Of a DNA stretch of 64,000 nucleotides, positions 9,452 to 16,999 are shown one piece after another. Each line of letters starts with the position of its first letter. Positions within the stretch are counted from its first letter, which is position 1. The notes beneath the pieces were generated by a model, which was not told where the DNA came from, ran no database searches, and saw nothing but the letters and a program-made list of their open reading frames with translations. The position numbers and the translations under genes are program-made. Location of the stretch: assembly GCA_031262835.1 (NCBI GenBank), contig JAISGY010000021.1:707-64706 (forward strand), written 5' to 3'. This stretch comes from Ruminococcus sp. GTDB taxonomy: Bacteria; Bacillota; Clostridia; Oscillospirales; Ruminococcaceae.

Positions 9452-9775
9452 ATGACCGAGAGCGAGCTTGTTTATGCTGTAATGCGTGAACTGGGTAAAC
9501 ACGGAGCGGTGTATCGGTGTAATTCGGGGAGTGTCAAGCTCCCAAATGGTAAACGGTTTAACGGTATGCCGAAAGGCTTTGCTGATATTATGCTTGTCCG
9601 CTCCGATGGTGTAGCTTGTTTTATCGAGTGCAAGACCGACAAGGGGAAGCTTTCCCCGGAGCAGGAACGGTTTATTGAGCGTATGCAGGGACTTAATGCA
9701 AGGGCAGGGGTTGCCCGTTCTGTTGATGAGGCTATGAATATATGCGAATTACATACAGAATTACACACTGTTTGA
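9452..9775 (+). CDS. VRR-NUC domain nuclease
   Basis: PD-(D/E)xK-like GFADIMLV...CFIECKTDKGKLSPEQERF pattern, typical of VRR-NUC. Confidence 0.75.
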   Translation: MTESELVYAVMRELGKHGAVYRCNSGSVKLPNGKRFNGMPKGFADIMLVRSDGVACFIECKTDKGKLSPEQERFIERMQGLNARAGVARSVDEAMNICELHTELHTV

Positions 9776-9865
9776 TTTTATCCGCTTCAATGTGAAATTA
9801 CCCTCATAAAAAACAAACGCCGTAAATCGAAAAAATACGGCGTTTTAGAATGATATAAAGCATTA

Positions 9866-10612
9866 TTATTGAAGCGGTATATGAAGCAGTCTTGAAACTT
9901 CACGATAACTTTCAAGAACACGCTCTGAGATAAATTCAATAAACGGAGCTGCATTCCCCTTTTGCTGATACGTCCGAATAGCTGAAATATACTCCGTCCG
10001 CAGAATCGGCGGCACGATGGCGAGCAAGTAACCGTCTTGAATAAGCGAGGCATTCATAAGAAGCCTTGCAACACGACCGTTTCCGTCAATAAAGGGGTGT
10101 ATTGTTACAAACTTGAGGTGTAGCATTGCCGCGAACTCAACCGGGGAAAGCCGCTCCCTGTTGCTGGTTATCCATTGCTCTAAGCCGTCCATTAGACCGG
10201 GGAGAGCTTCCGGCGTTGGGAACTCAAAGTCTGTCCCGGTGACGATAATTGAAATGTCACGCCACACCCCGGCGTGTCTTTCGTCAATACTCTGATAGAA
10301 GAGGCGGTGAAGTGTTTTTATATCTTCCACAGACACGCTATGACTACCGAGCAGGGAGAACATATAATCATAAGCCGCCGAATGTCCGACCGCTTCAAAC
10401 GTATCACGGAGAGGCTTTCCGCCCACCGTTAAGCCGTCCTCTAAAAGAACTTTCGTTTCGACTTCCGAAAGGCTGTTGCCCTCAATGGCGTTTGATGAAT
10501 ATGTGAGACCTATGCGGTAGTATTCCCGAAGCTCACGGAGTGTTTCACCCTCAAAGGGGCGAGCCTTGTCTACAGCCGCCTTGTAGTTCGCCAAGCGTTC
10601 GTTATTCGTCAT
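9866..10612 (-). CDS. Fic-family protein (AMPylase type) with an internal inhibitory motif
   Basis: HPFIDGNGRVARLL matches HxFx(D/E)GNGRxxR. The N-terminal SNAIEGN matches the (S/T)xxxE(G/N) inhibitory helix. The start is taken at MTNNERL (10612). Confidence 0.9.
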   Translation of the reverse strand: MTNNERLANYKAAVDKARPFEGETLRELREYYRIGLTYSSNAIEGNSLSEVETKVLLEDGLTVGGKPLRDTFEAVGHSAAYDYMFSLLGSHSVSVEDIKTLHRLFYQSIDERHAGVWRDISIIVTGTDFEFPTPEALPGLMDGLEQWITSNRERLSPVEFAAMLHLKFVTIHPFIDGNGRVARLLMNASLIQDGYLLAIVPPILRTEYISAIRTYQQKGNAAPFIEFISERVLESYREVSRLLHIPLQ

Positions 10613-10799
10613 TCTGTCCCTCTTTTCCCATAGCCTCATTTATAGCACGGTTTATGAAGCCGTTGACCGTTTCTCCCTTGCTGTCTGCATATGCCTTAAT
10701 AACGTCCTTTTCACCCTTTTTAACCTTTAATTCAATCCTGTCATAAGCGTTTTTGTTATATTCGCGTTTGTAGTCCGTTGCTTTTGTTCCCATGAACAC
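10602..10799 (-). CDS. small ribbon-helix-helix/Arc-like DNA-binding protein
   Basis: YDRIELKVKKGEKDVIKAYADSKGETVNGFINRAINEA pattern. It overlaps the Fic start. Confidence 0.55.
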   Translation of the reverse strand: MFMGTKATDYKREYNKNAYDRIELKVKKGEKDVIKAYADSKGETVNGFINRAINEAMGKEGQNDE

Positions 10800-10844
10800 A
10801 CCCCCTTATTTGATAATTTAATTATAACACAGTAAGCACAAAAT

Positions 10845-10936
10845 ATCTACCGTTAGATTGTACAAAATATCTAACGTAAGTTTGTGCAACATTTTTCATA
10901 AAAACACTTGACATATCTAACGTTAGATGTTATAAT
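10845..10936. promoter_or_regulatory. divergent control region: three ATCTAACGTTAGAT-type boxes and a TTGACA-17-TATAAT promoter
   Basis: Boxes at 10845-10858 (atctaccgttagat), 10869-10882 (atctaacgtaagtt) and 10915-10928 (perfect palindrome). The last box fills the spacer between -35 (10908-10913) and -10 (10931-10936). Confidence 0.65.
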
Positions 10937-10990
10937 ATAATCACAGGGTAAGACAAACGAACCCGATAATATGAAAGGGCGGAAAAGATT

Positions 10991-11266
10991 ATGAGTAACA
11001 ACGAACTTCACGAACTGATTAAGGAACTCAAAGAGTACAAACTCCTCAAAGAGGAAGCAGAGGCAAGAATCTCCGAGCTTGAGGGCGAACTCAAAGCAGA
11101 GATGACCGCACAGGGAAAAGACAAGATAACCGTTGACGAATACAAAGTGGCACTCTCAATCGTCACACAGCAGAGAATAGACAGCAAGAGACTTGAATCC
11201 GAGCAACCGACAATCTACACAATGTACCTTAAACCGAGCGTATACACCCGGTTGACAGTACGATAA
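10991..11266 (+). CDS. hypothetical coiled-coil protein (91 aa)
   Basis: ORF downstream of the promoter with a heptad-rich N-terminus. No assignable family. Confidence 0.55.
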   Translation: MSNNELHELIKELKEYKLLKEEAEARISELEGELKAEMTAQGKDKITVDEYKVALSIVTQQRIDSKRLESEQPTIYTMYLKPSVYTRLTVR

Positions 11267-11360
11267 AGGAAAACCCCTTGCGTGAGGTGCGAACTCACGC
11301 AGGGGGAATCCCATAAGTTAAAGAAAGGGCTTTCCTACATTGTATCACACTTGACGGAGT

Positions 11361-11645
11361 ATGTCAAGATATTATAAGAAAGATTTGGTGAAAATCATGA
11401 GTGCTTTAGAAATCCTGTTTGATAACTTTATACAGTTACCGCACAACAACCCGGAATCGGAAGAAGCCGAAGACAAGCTTTGCGATTTTGTTTACCGATA
11501 CACAAAAACAGTTGAGGACGGAAATACGTTTTATGAGCTGTTGGGAGACATGACATATGCAGAATGCAAGCGAGCGTTCCGGGCGGGCTTCATTGCCGGA
11601 GCTTATCCGCTTCAAGGCGATCCGACACAAGAGGGGGTGAGATAA
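11361..11645 (+). CDS. hypothetical protein (94 aa)
   Basis: ORF joined to the next ORF by a TAATG overlap. Confidence 0.45.
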   Translation: MSRYYKKDLVKIMSALEILFDNFIQLPHNNPESEEAEDKLCDFVYRYTKTVEDGNTFYELLGDMTYAECKRAFRAGFIAGAYPLQGDPTQEGVR

Positions 11646-11944
11646 TGAAAGAGATAGGCTCTTTTGAAAGTTCGGAAATCTTTAATTCGGCGATAGCGTG
11701 GAAAAAAGCTTTTACCGAAAAGTACGAAGAGGAAATAGCAGCTCCCGAATGGATTTTAATTCAAGCGTGTACAGATGTGGACGGACACATAGAAGACAGC
11801 GTTATCAAGGCAGTCCGGGAAGCGGTACGTGAGATTTTTTCGCAAGGGTATTCAAGGGGTACTATTGACGGCTATGTAAAGTGCTTTAACACTCACAATA
11901 CCGACCGCCGGCACATAGTCCATGTTCGCCGCCGTTCTGCATGA
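11645..11944 (+). CDS. hypothetical protein (99 aa)
   Basis: Internal ATG of the listed ORF, preceded by GAGGGGGTGAG. Starts MKEIGSFESS. Confidence 0.45.
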   Translation: MKEIGSFESSEIFNSAIAWKKAFTEKYEEEIAAPEWILIQACTDVDGHIEDSVIKAVREAVREIFSQGYSRGTIDGYVKCFNTHNTDRRHIVHVRRRSA

Positions 11945-12119
11945 TATGCCGGGGTGAACCGCTTCAAAAAGGGGGGGTGAGATAACTCTCCCCCTTTTCG
12001 GGGGGCTTTTGTCACTTTTGTCACCATATTTTCAGTTTTTTATTTTATTTTTTCAGCCTTTTTTCTTTGTTTCACAATGAAAATGCAATGTTAAAGTCAT
12101 AGTTTACATATATATTAAC

Positions 12120-12148
12120 TTGCATTTTTATCTATGCTATGTTACAAT
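12120..12148 (+). promoter_or_regulatory. promoter upstream of the island sigma-factor gene
   Basis: TTGCAT-17 nt-TACAAT. Confidence 0.45.
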
Positions 12149-12199
12149 ATAAAAAGAGCCTCCTACCGCTTCGAGTAATAATTTCAAGGGGTGTAACGC

Positions 12200-13087
12200 A
12201 TGAGCAATGAAGAACTTGCAGTTTTAATTAAAGCCGGGGAAACCGCCCTTTATTCGCAGCTGTGGACTGGGTGCGAGCGGTATTTCCGTAAACGTTCAAA
12301 TAGCTATTATCGGCATAATGAAAACAGAGCAAAAGGTGCAGGACAGACGGCAGAGGATTTTTATAACGCTTGCTTTTTCGCTATGGTGAATGCTGTGGAG
12401 AGTTTCGACCCCGAAAGCGGTTATACATACCTTACATACACAAATTACCATATTCTCAATGAATTCCGCTCCCTTATCGGTATTAAGCTAAAACGCCGGA
12501 ATCCTCTTGATGACAGCAGCAGTCTTGACGAAACCGCACAAGACGGCGAAACCGCTTATATAGAGCTTATTGAAGACCCGGAAAGCCTTGAACCATTTGA
12601 GGAAATTGCAGAGCGAGAAGACACCCTCATGCTCCGGGCGGAACTTGAAGCGGCTATTGACACGCTCCCGGAACGTGAAGCGGATATTATACGCCGGCAT
12701 TATTTCGAGGGAATCCCGGTTGAACAGATAGCGGAGCGGATAGGTGTTTCACGAAAGCGCGGTTATGATTTAGAGCGGCGAGGGCTTGACAGTTTAAGGA
12801 AAATTGACAAACTGGAGCGTTATCATGATGACATTATTTCGCATGAAGCTTATCACCACACCGGGCTTAATGCATGGAAAACAAGCGGCGTTTCTTCCGT
12901 TGAAAGGGCGGTTGAGATGGCAGAACGGCTTACAACGCGGCGAGCAGAACTTAACGACAATGAGTATATAATTCTGAAAGTTTATTCTGAGGGTATGCCG
13001 GTAACTGCAATTGCACGAATGCTACATATTTCCCCCGGCTATGTTAAAAGACTTTGTGCGAAACATTTATTGCACGGGGCGGCTTGA
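12200..13087 (+). CDS. sigma-70-family RNA polymerase sigma factor with an extra C-terminal HTH
   Basis: Region 2-like N-terminus, region 4 (LPEREADIIRRHYFEGIPVEQIAERIGVSRKRGYDLERRGLDSLRK) and a second HTH (MPVTAIARMLHISPGYVKRL). Confidence 0.8.
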   Translation: MSNEELAVLIKAGETALYSQLWTGCERYFRKRSNSYYRHNENRAKGAGQTAEDFYNACFFAMVNAVESFDPESGYTYLTYTNYHILNEFRSLIGIKLKRRNPLDDSSSLDETAQDGETAYIELIEDPESLEPFEEIAEREDTLMLRAELEAAIDTLPEREADIIRRHYFEGIPVEQIAERIGVSRKRGYDLERRGLDSLRKIDKLERYHDDIISHEAYHHTGLNAWKTSGVSSVERAVEMAERLTTRRAELNDNEYIILKVYSEGMPVTAIARMLHISPGYVKRLCAKHLLHGAA

Positions 13088-13181
13088 ATCACTCAGCCCC
13101 CCCTCCGACAAGCAGCGAAGGTGGTGTTTCGTGTGAGAAAACGCATAATCAAATGATTTTTACTAAAATTCATTTTTAGTA

Positions 13182-13210
13182 TTGCATTTTGAATATGGTT
13201 ATGCTATAAT
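13182..13210 (+). promoter_or_regulatory. outward-facing promoter at the right end of the island
   Basis: TTGCAT-17 nt-TATAAT pointing at attR and the 52-bp repeats. It shares TTGCATTTT and ATGCTAT with the sigma-gene promoter. Confidence 0.4.
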
Positions 13211-13336
13211 GATAAGAGATTTTTGCCCGAAAAAAGAAGATGAAAATAAAACTTGCATACAGAATTGCATACATTTTTAGTAATAAAATCCGTGAACCCT
13301 TATAAAATGGGCGTTCAAAGACCGCCTGTATTATTT

Positions 13337-13500
13337 GAGTGGGAATAAAATATATGAAAAAGAAAGAAATTTTAAGTTAAGTTTTTTTGAGTGGGAATAA
13401 AATATATGAAAAAGAAAGAAATTTTAAGTTAAGTTTTTTTGAGTGGGAATAAAATATTTGAAAAAGAAAGAAATTTTAAGTTAAGTTTTTTCGAGTGGAA
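13337..13500 (+). repeat. 3 full copies plus 1 partial copy of a 52-bp tandem repeat, each starting with a pseudo guaA terminus
   Basis: Units at 13337, 13389 and 13441, with a partial unit at 13493. Copies 1 and 2 are identical and copy 3 has 2 substitutions. Each begins GAGTGGGAATAA (EWE-stop). Confidence 0.95.
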
Positions 13501-13603
13501 ACAACAAAATTAATCATTATTTTCCCCCCGACGGCGGGCTTTTTTTGTTACTTTTGCACGAAAATTCTTTCGTTATGCCCGAAAATAAAACCACTTTATG
13601 TGC

Positions 13604-13657
13604 AAACGAACAAATGTTCGTTTTTCGCTTGACAAATGACCGAAAATATGGTATAAT
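13604..13657 (+). promoter_or_regulatory. operator palindrome plus promoter of the second replication module
   Basis: Perfect palindrome aaacgaaca-aa-tgttcgttt (13604-13623), then TTGACA (13629-13634)-17 nt-TATAAT (13652-13657). Confidence 0.6.
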
Positions 13658-13678
13658 AGGGGCATGGGGGGTGAAGGA

Positions 13679-14290
13679 ATGGTGTTTGAAATTGTCCGCG
13701 AGAGCGTCTCGGCGGAGCGGGCGGCGGCTTATTACGGCATTGAAATCAAGCGGAAACGTTGCCGCTGTCCGTTCCATAACGGCAATGACTTCAACCTGTC
13801 TTTTCACGGCGGCGGCTTTAACTGCTTTGTCTGCGGTACTCATGGCGACAGTATTGAGTTTACAAGACTGCTATTCGGGTACCAGAAGCCCATTGACGCC
13901 GTAAAGCGGCTCAACAGCGACTTTTGTTTATGCCTTGACTTAGGCAAAGTGGGAAAGGGTGAATGGAATCCAACCCTTGCCGACATAAGGCGAAAAACAG
14001 CCGAACGTGAGCTCCCAAAAGCGGTACATAAAATCCTGTGGGAATTTGCCTTGAACCTTGACTGGGTGAAACGTTCACTTGCGCCTAAAACGCCCGAAGA
14101 AAAGCCTTTGGACGTTTGGTTTTATGCCTTGCAAAACTTGTCATTCGCAGAGTATATCCTCGACTGTTTCGAGAATTTGACGCACGAGGGGCAACTTGAT
14201 TTTGCTGTAAAAGAAAAGGAGATGATTTCCCTATATGAACGAATTTCAAAGTTTATTGACGGCTTACGAAGGACTTGCAACGCCGCATAA
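13679..14290 (+). CDS. CHC2 zinc-finger protein, paralogue of 6946-7593
   Basis: CPFHNGNDFNLSFHGGGFNCFVCGTHGD, collinear with the first copy. Confidence 0.75.
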   Translation: MVFEIVRESVSAERAAAYYGIEIKRKRCRCPFHNGNDFNLSFHGGGFNCFVCGTHGDSIEFTRLLFGYQKPIDAVKRLNSDFCLCLDLGKVGKGEWNPTLADIRRKTAERELPKAVHKILWEFALNLDWVKRSLAPKTPEEKPLDVWFYALQNLSFAEYILDCFENLTHEGQLDFAVKEKEMISLYERISKFIDGLRRTCNAA

Positions 14291-15764
14291 CGAAAATCAA
14301 TCGTTATTTGCGGAATTTATACCGCTCGAAAACTCCGAGCCGCTCCCGGCGTTTCCGCTTGGTGCTTTCAATCGGATTTGTCCCGGCGTGGGCGAGTTCA
14401 TTTTTGCGGCAACAGAGAGCATACAAACGTCCTTCGACCTTGTTGGTTCTTGCACACTCGGAGTGCTTCAAATTGCCTGTAACGGGCGTTATCCCGTCAG
14501 CTTGCCGAACGGGCACAAGGAGCAGCCCTGCTTCTATATCGCGCCGATTGCGCCGCCCTCTGAACGCAAGAGCGGAGTTATTGCCGCTGTAACACGTCCG
14601 CTTACCGATTTTGAAAACGCTTACAACGAAGAACACGACGCCGACGCGGCTCTTAAAAGGAGCGAGCTTAAGGTACTGCAAGGGCGCATTGCAGAGACTG
14701 AACACGCTATGATAAAGGCGAAATCGAGCGACGCTTATGACGCTGCTGCTTTTGAACTTGAAAAGCTTAACAATGAGCTTGCGGCATTTGAAGAGGCCTC
14801 ACCGCTGCGGCTGTTTGGTGCAGACGTTACGCCCGAGAAGCTTGCCTCAATGCTTAAGGCGCAAGGCGAGGTGTTCGCGCTTGTGTCCGCAGAGGGTGGC
14901 GGCATTTTCGAGAATATCGGGCGGTATTCCGACAAGGGCGGGCTTGAAATTTACCTCAACGGCTACAGCGGCGACAGGGTTACCGTTGACCGAAAGATGT
15001 CCGAGAGTGTTGTAATTGAACACCCCACGCTTAACCTAATCCTGCCCTGCCAGCCGTCGGTTATAACAGACCTGTTTTCGGACAAGCAGAAATCCGGGCG
15101 AGGGCTCCTGTCAAGGATACTTTTTGTCGACTGTTACACACGTTTAGGCAAGCGGGAAGCAATGAGCAAGCCCATTGACGGTAACATTGCCGCGAGTTAC
15201 AATAGTCTTATCAACAATATCCTTTCCGACGGGGGTAAGGGAGAATTGCAATTTGACGACGGCGGCAAGGCGGTTTACGAGTCGTTCTTTAACGAAATCG
15301 AGCCGGGTTTAGCACCCGACGACGGCGAGCTCCATTTTATGGGGGATTGGGCAGGTAAACTTCCCGGGCAGATGGTGCGCCTTGCAGGGCTTATCCACTG
15401 CATAGCCGCCTTTGAAAAGCACCGAAACCCTCTTGACAGCTTCATTAACGCAGACGAAGCCGCTGCCGCTGTCACACTCGCAAGGTATTTCCTCGCACAC
15501 GCCAAGGCGGTATATCGCGGGCAGAGAGAGCCGAAGGAATTAGCCAATGCGCGATACCTGTGGAAGCGAATAAATTCAATAAATTCAACCTTTTTTAGTA
15601 AAAGCGAATTGACACGCAAGGTTCAATCAAAGACTGATTTTGATTATTCAGAATCCCTCAAGCTGCTTGTTGATAACGGATATATCAGAATCGAGGTGAA
15701 TTTACCAGAGCACAGCAAAAAACCTGTTGAGACTATATACGTAAATCCAGAAGCGGTTAAGTGA
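14235..15764 (+). CDS. DUF3987/YfjI-like replication protein, paralogue of 7538-9127
   Basis: Collinear similarity along the whole length (for example FIPLENSEPLP.FPL, APIAPPSERKSGVI, LRLFGADVTPEKLA). Confidence 0.6.
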   Translation: MNEFQSLLTAYEGLATPHNENQSLFAEFIPLENSEPLPAFPLGAFNRICPGVGEFIFAATESIQTSFDLVGSCTLGVLQIACNGRYPVSLPNGHKEQPCFYIAPIAPPSERKSGVIAAVTRPLTDFENAYNEEHDADAALKRSELKVLQGRIAETEHAMIKAKSSDAYDAAAFELEKLNNELAAFEEASPLRLFGADVTPEKLASMLKAQGEVFALVSAEGGGIFENIGRYSDKGGLEIYLNGYSGDRVTVDRKMSESVVIEHPTLNLILPCQPSVITDLFSDKQKSGRGLLSRILFVDCYTRLGKREAMSKPIDGNIAASYNSLINNILSDGGKGELQFDDGGKAVYESFFNEIEPGLAPDDGELHFMGDWAGKLPGQMVRLAGLIHCIAAFEKHRNPLDSFINADEAAAAVTLARYFLAHAKAVYRGQREPKELANARYLWKRINSINSTFFSKSELTRKVQSKTDFDYSESLKLLVDNGYIRIEVNLPEHSKKPVETIYVNPEAVK

Positions 15765-15862
15765 TGAATAGATAAAAAGGGAAGCGGAAGGTGATATACC
15801 GACCGCTTTTTTTTGTAAAATCAACTTTAGAAATTACATTGAATTTATTGAATTTATTCTGT

Positions 15863-16999
15863 TTATGTGCGAAAAAACACCGTAAACTTAACGCTGTCAT
15901 CACTTCTTTCAATGCTGTATTTAAGCCCGTGCATATCGAGGCTTGATTTTACAATATAAAGCCCCATGCCGCCGCTGTCAAAGGAATCATCGGCGGTTTC
16001 TACTCCATGGTTGCAGACGGAGAGTTCGTTATCTTCATTAAATTCAAGCTCAATTTCGGCACCTATCGGCGAGTGTTTTACGGCGTTGCCGATTATGTTG
16101 GAAATAACGATTGCGATAAGTTTTTTGTCGGCAATTACAGGCTTCCCCGAAAAGTTCTGCTTGATTTTAATGTCCTTCTCCTTGATGAGTTCGGAGAGCT
16201 TTAACAGACATTCGTTCGCTGTTTCAGACAGGTTAATTTCTTCGGGAGAAATCTCTACAGTGTCAAGTTTCGCCGCCGTCATAATCTCCTTTACGAGGCT
16301 TTCAATCGCTTCTGTCGTTTCAAAAGCTTCCTGCAAAAACCTATCGCGGTCACTGAATTTCCCGACATTTAAAATCATTCCGTCAAGCTCGCCCTTGAGG
16401 ATTGTAACGGGTGTCTTAAGCTCGTGAGAGACGGCAGAAAAGAAATTTCGCCGCCTTTTTTCTTCTTCAAGCGCAGACTGCAAATTCTTGATATTGACGA
16501 TAAAGCGCGTGTAGAAAAACGCGATAAAAAGCGAGATAACAAGTATCACGATAAACAGAATCGGGAACATTGTCTCGAACGAATTTTCAACCTTTTCTAC
16601 CGGCTCGTTGTCGAAGTAAAAAACCATTGTGTAGGGTTTCGGAGTGTCGGTCTTGACGGTAAAGGTGTAGGTTGTAACGTCCCTATCCGTGCGTCCAAAA
16701 TCGACATTGTCTGTAACGGTGTACCTGAAAATCGCGACTTCGTTGCCTTTTTCGTCAAGAATTGCGGCGGTCGTGTTGTTAATAACACAAAACGTCATAA
16801 GCATATTTGCCCACTCGTTCATCGGCGCGGATTCAAGTTCAATTGCGAAGGTTTCGCTGTTTTTAGCAATCTCTTCGGTGGTTTCGTCGGTATAAATTTT
16901 CGGCATAAAAACCCGCAAAATCGCGAACACCAAAAGCCCGACTGCAAGCAGGAGACAGGTTATTCCTGCGAAGATTTTAACCGAAAAACGTTTATTCAC
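15863..16999 (-). CDS. sensor histidine kinase (two TM segments, extracytoplasmic loop)
   Basis: H-box FSAVSHELKTP, N-box IIGNAVKHSP and G2 GGMGLYIV. Confidence 0.9.
   Translation of the reverse strand: MNKRFSVKIFAGITCLLLAVGLLVFAILRVFMPKIYTDETTEEIAKNSETFAIELESAPMNEWANMLMTFCVINNTTAAILDEKGNEVAIFRYTVTDNVDFGRTDRDVTTYTFTVKTDTPKPYTMVFYFDNEPVEKVENSFETMFPILFIVILVISLFIAFFYTRFIVNIKNLQSALEEEKRRRNFFSAVSHELKTPVTILKGELDGMILNVGKFSDRDRFLQEAFETTEAIESLVKEIMTAAKLDTVEISPEEINLSETANECLLKLSELIKEKDIKIKQNFSGKPVIADKKLIAIVISNIIGNAVKHSPIGAEIELEFNEDNELSVCNHGVETADDSFDSGGMGLYIVKSSLDMHGLKYSIERSDDSVKFTVFFRT

Larger units (their letters stand above)
4030..13348. mobile_element. integrated island at the guaA 3' end (PICI/SaPI-like or integrative mobilizable element), about 9.3 kb
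   Basis: The guaA terminus (ccgccggcgactatagaatgggaatag) recurs as a pseudo-terminus at 13322-13348 (ccgcctgtattatttgagtgggaataa = PPVLFEWE*). An arm-type motif CCGTRAACCCTTATAAA lies just inside each junction (4087-4103 and 13290-13307). A tyrosine integrase sits next to attL. Confidence 0.75.
13545..15800 (+). mobile_element. remnant of a second, related island (promoter/operator plus CHC2 plus DUF3987 only; no integrase)
   Basis: Paralogous gene pair in the same order and with the same overlap as 6946-9127. A degenerate GTGACAAAA motif lies at about 13542-13558. Confidence 0.55.

Noticed and set aside
13337-13500. The 52-bp tandem repeats as a CRISPR array
   Set aside because: The units are contiguous with no unique spacers, there are no cas genes, and each unit carries a guaA-terminus mimic. 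This is a tandem att-related repeat, not a CRISPR array.
15765-15862. A third att copy at the right end of the second replication module (aagtgatgaatag versus gagtgggaataa), and the direct repeat ttgaatttat twice at about 15838-15858
   Set aside because: The similarity to the core is weak and requires a gap. The segment is simply the stop region of the DUF3987 gene. The 10-bp duplication is too short to interpret. The right boundary of the remnant remains undefined.
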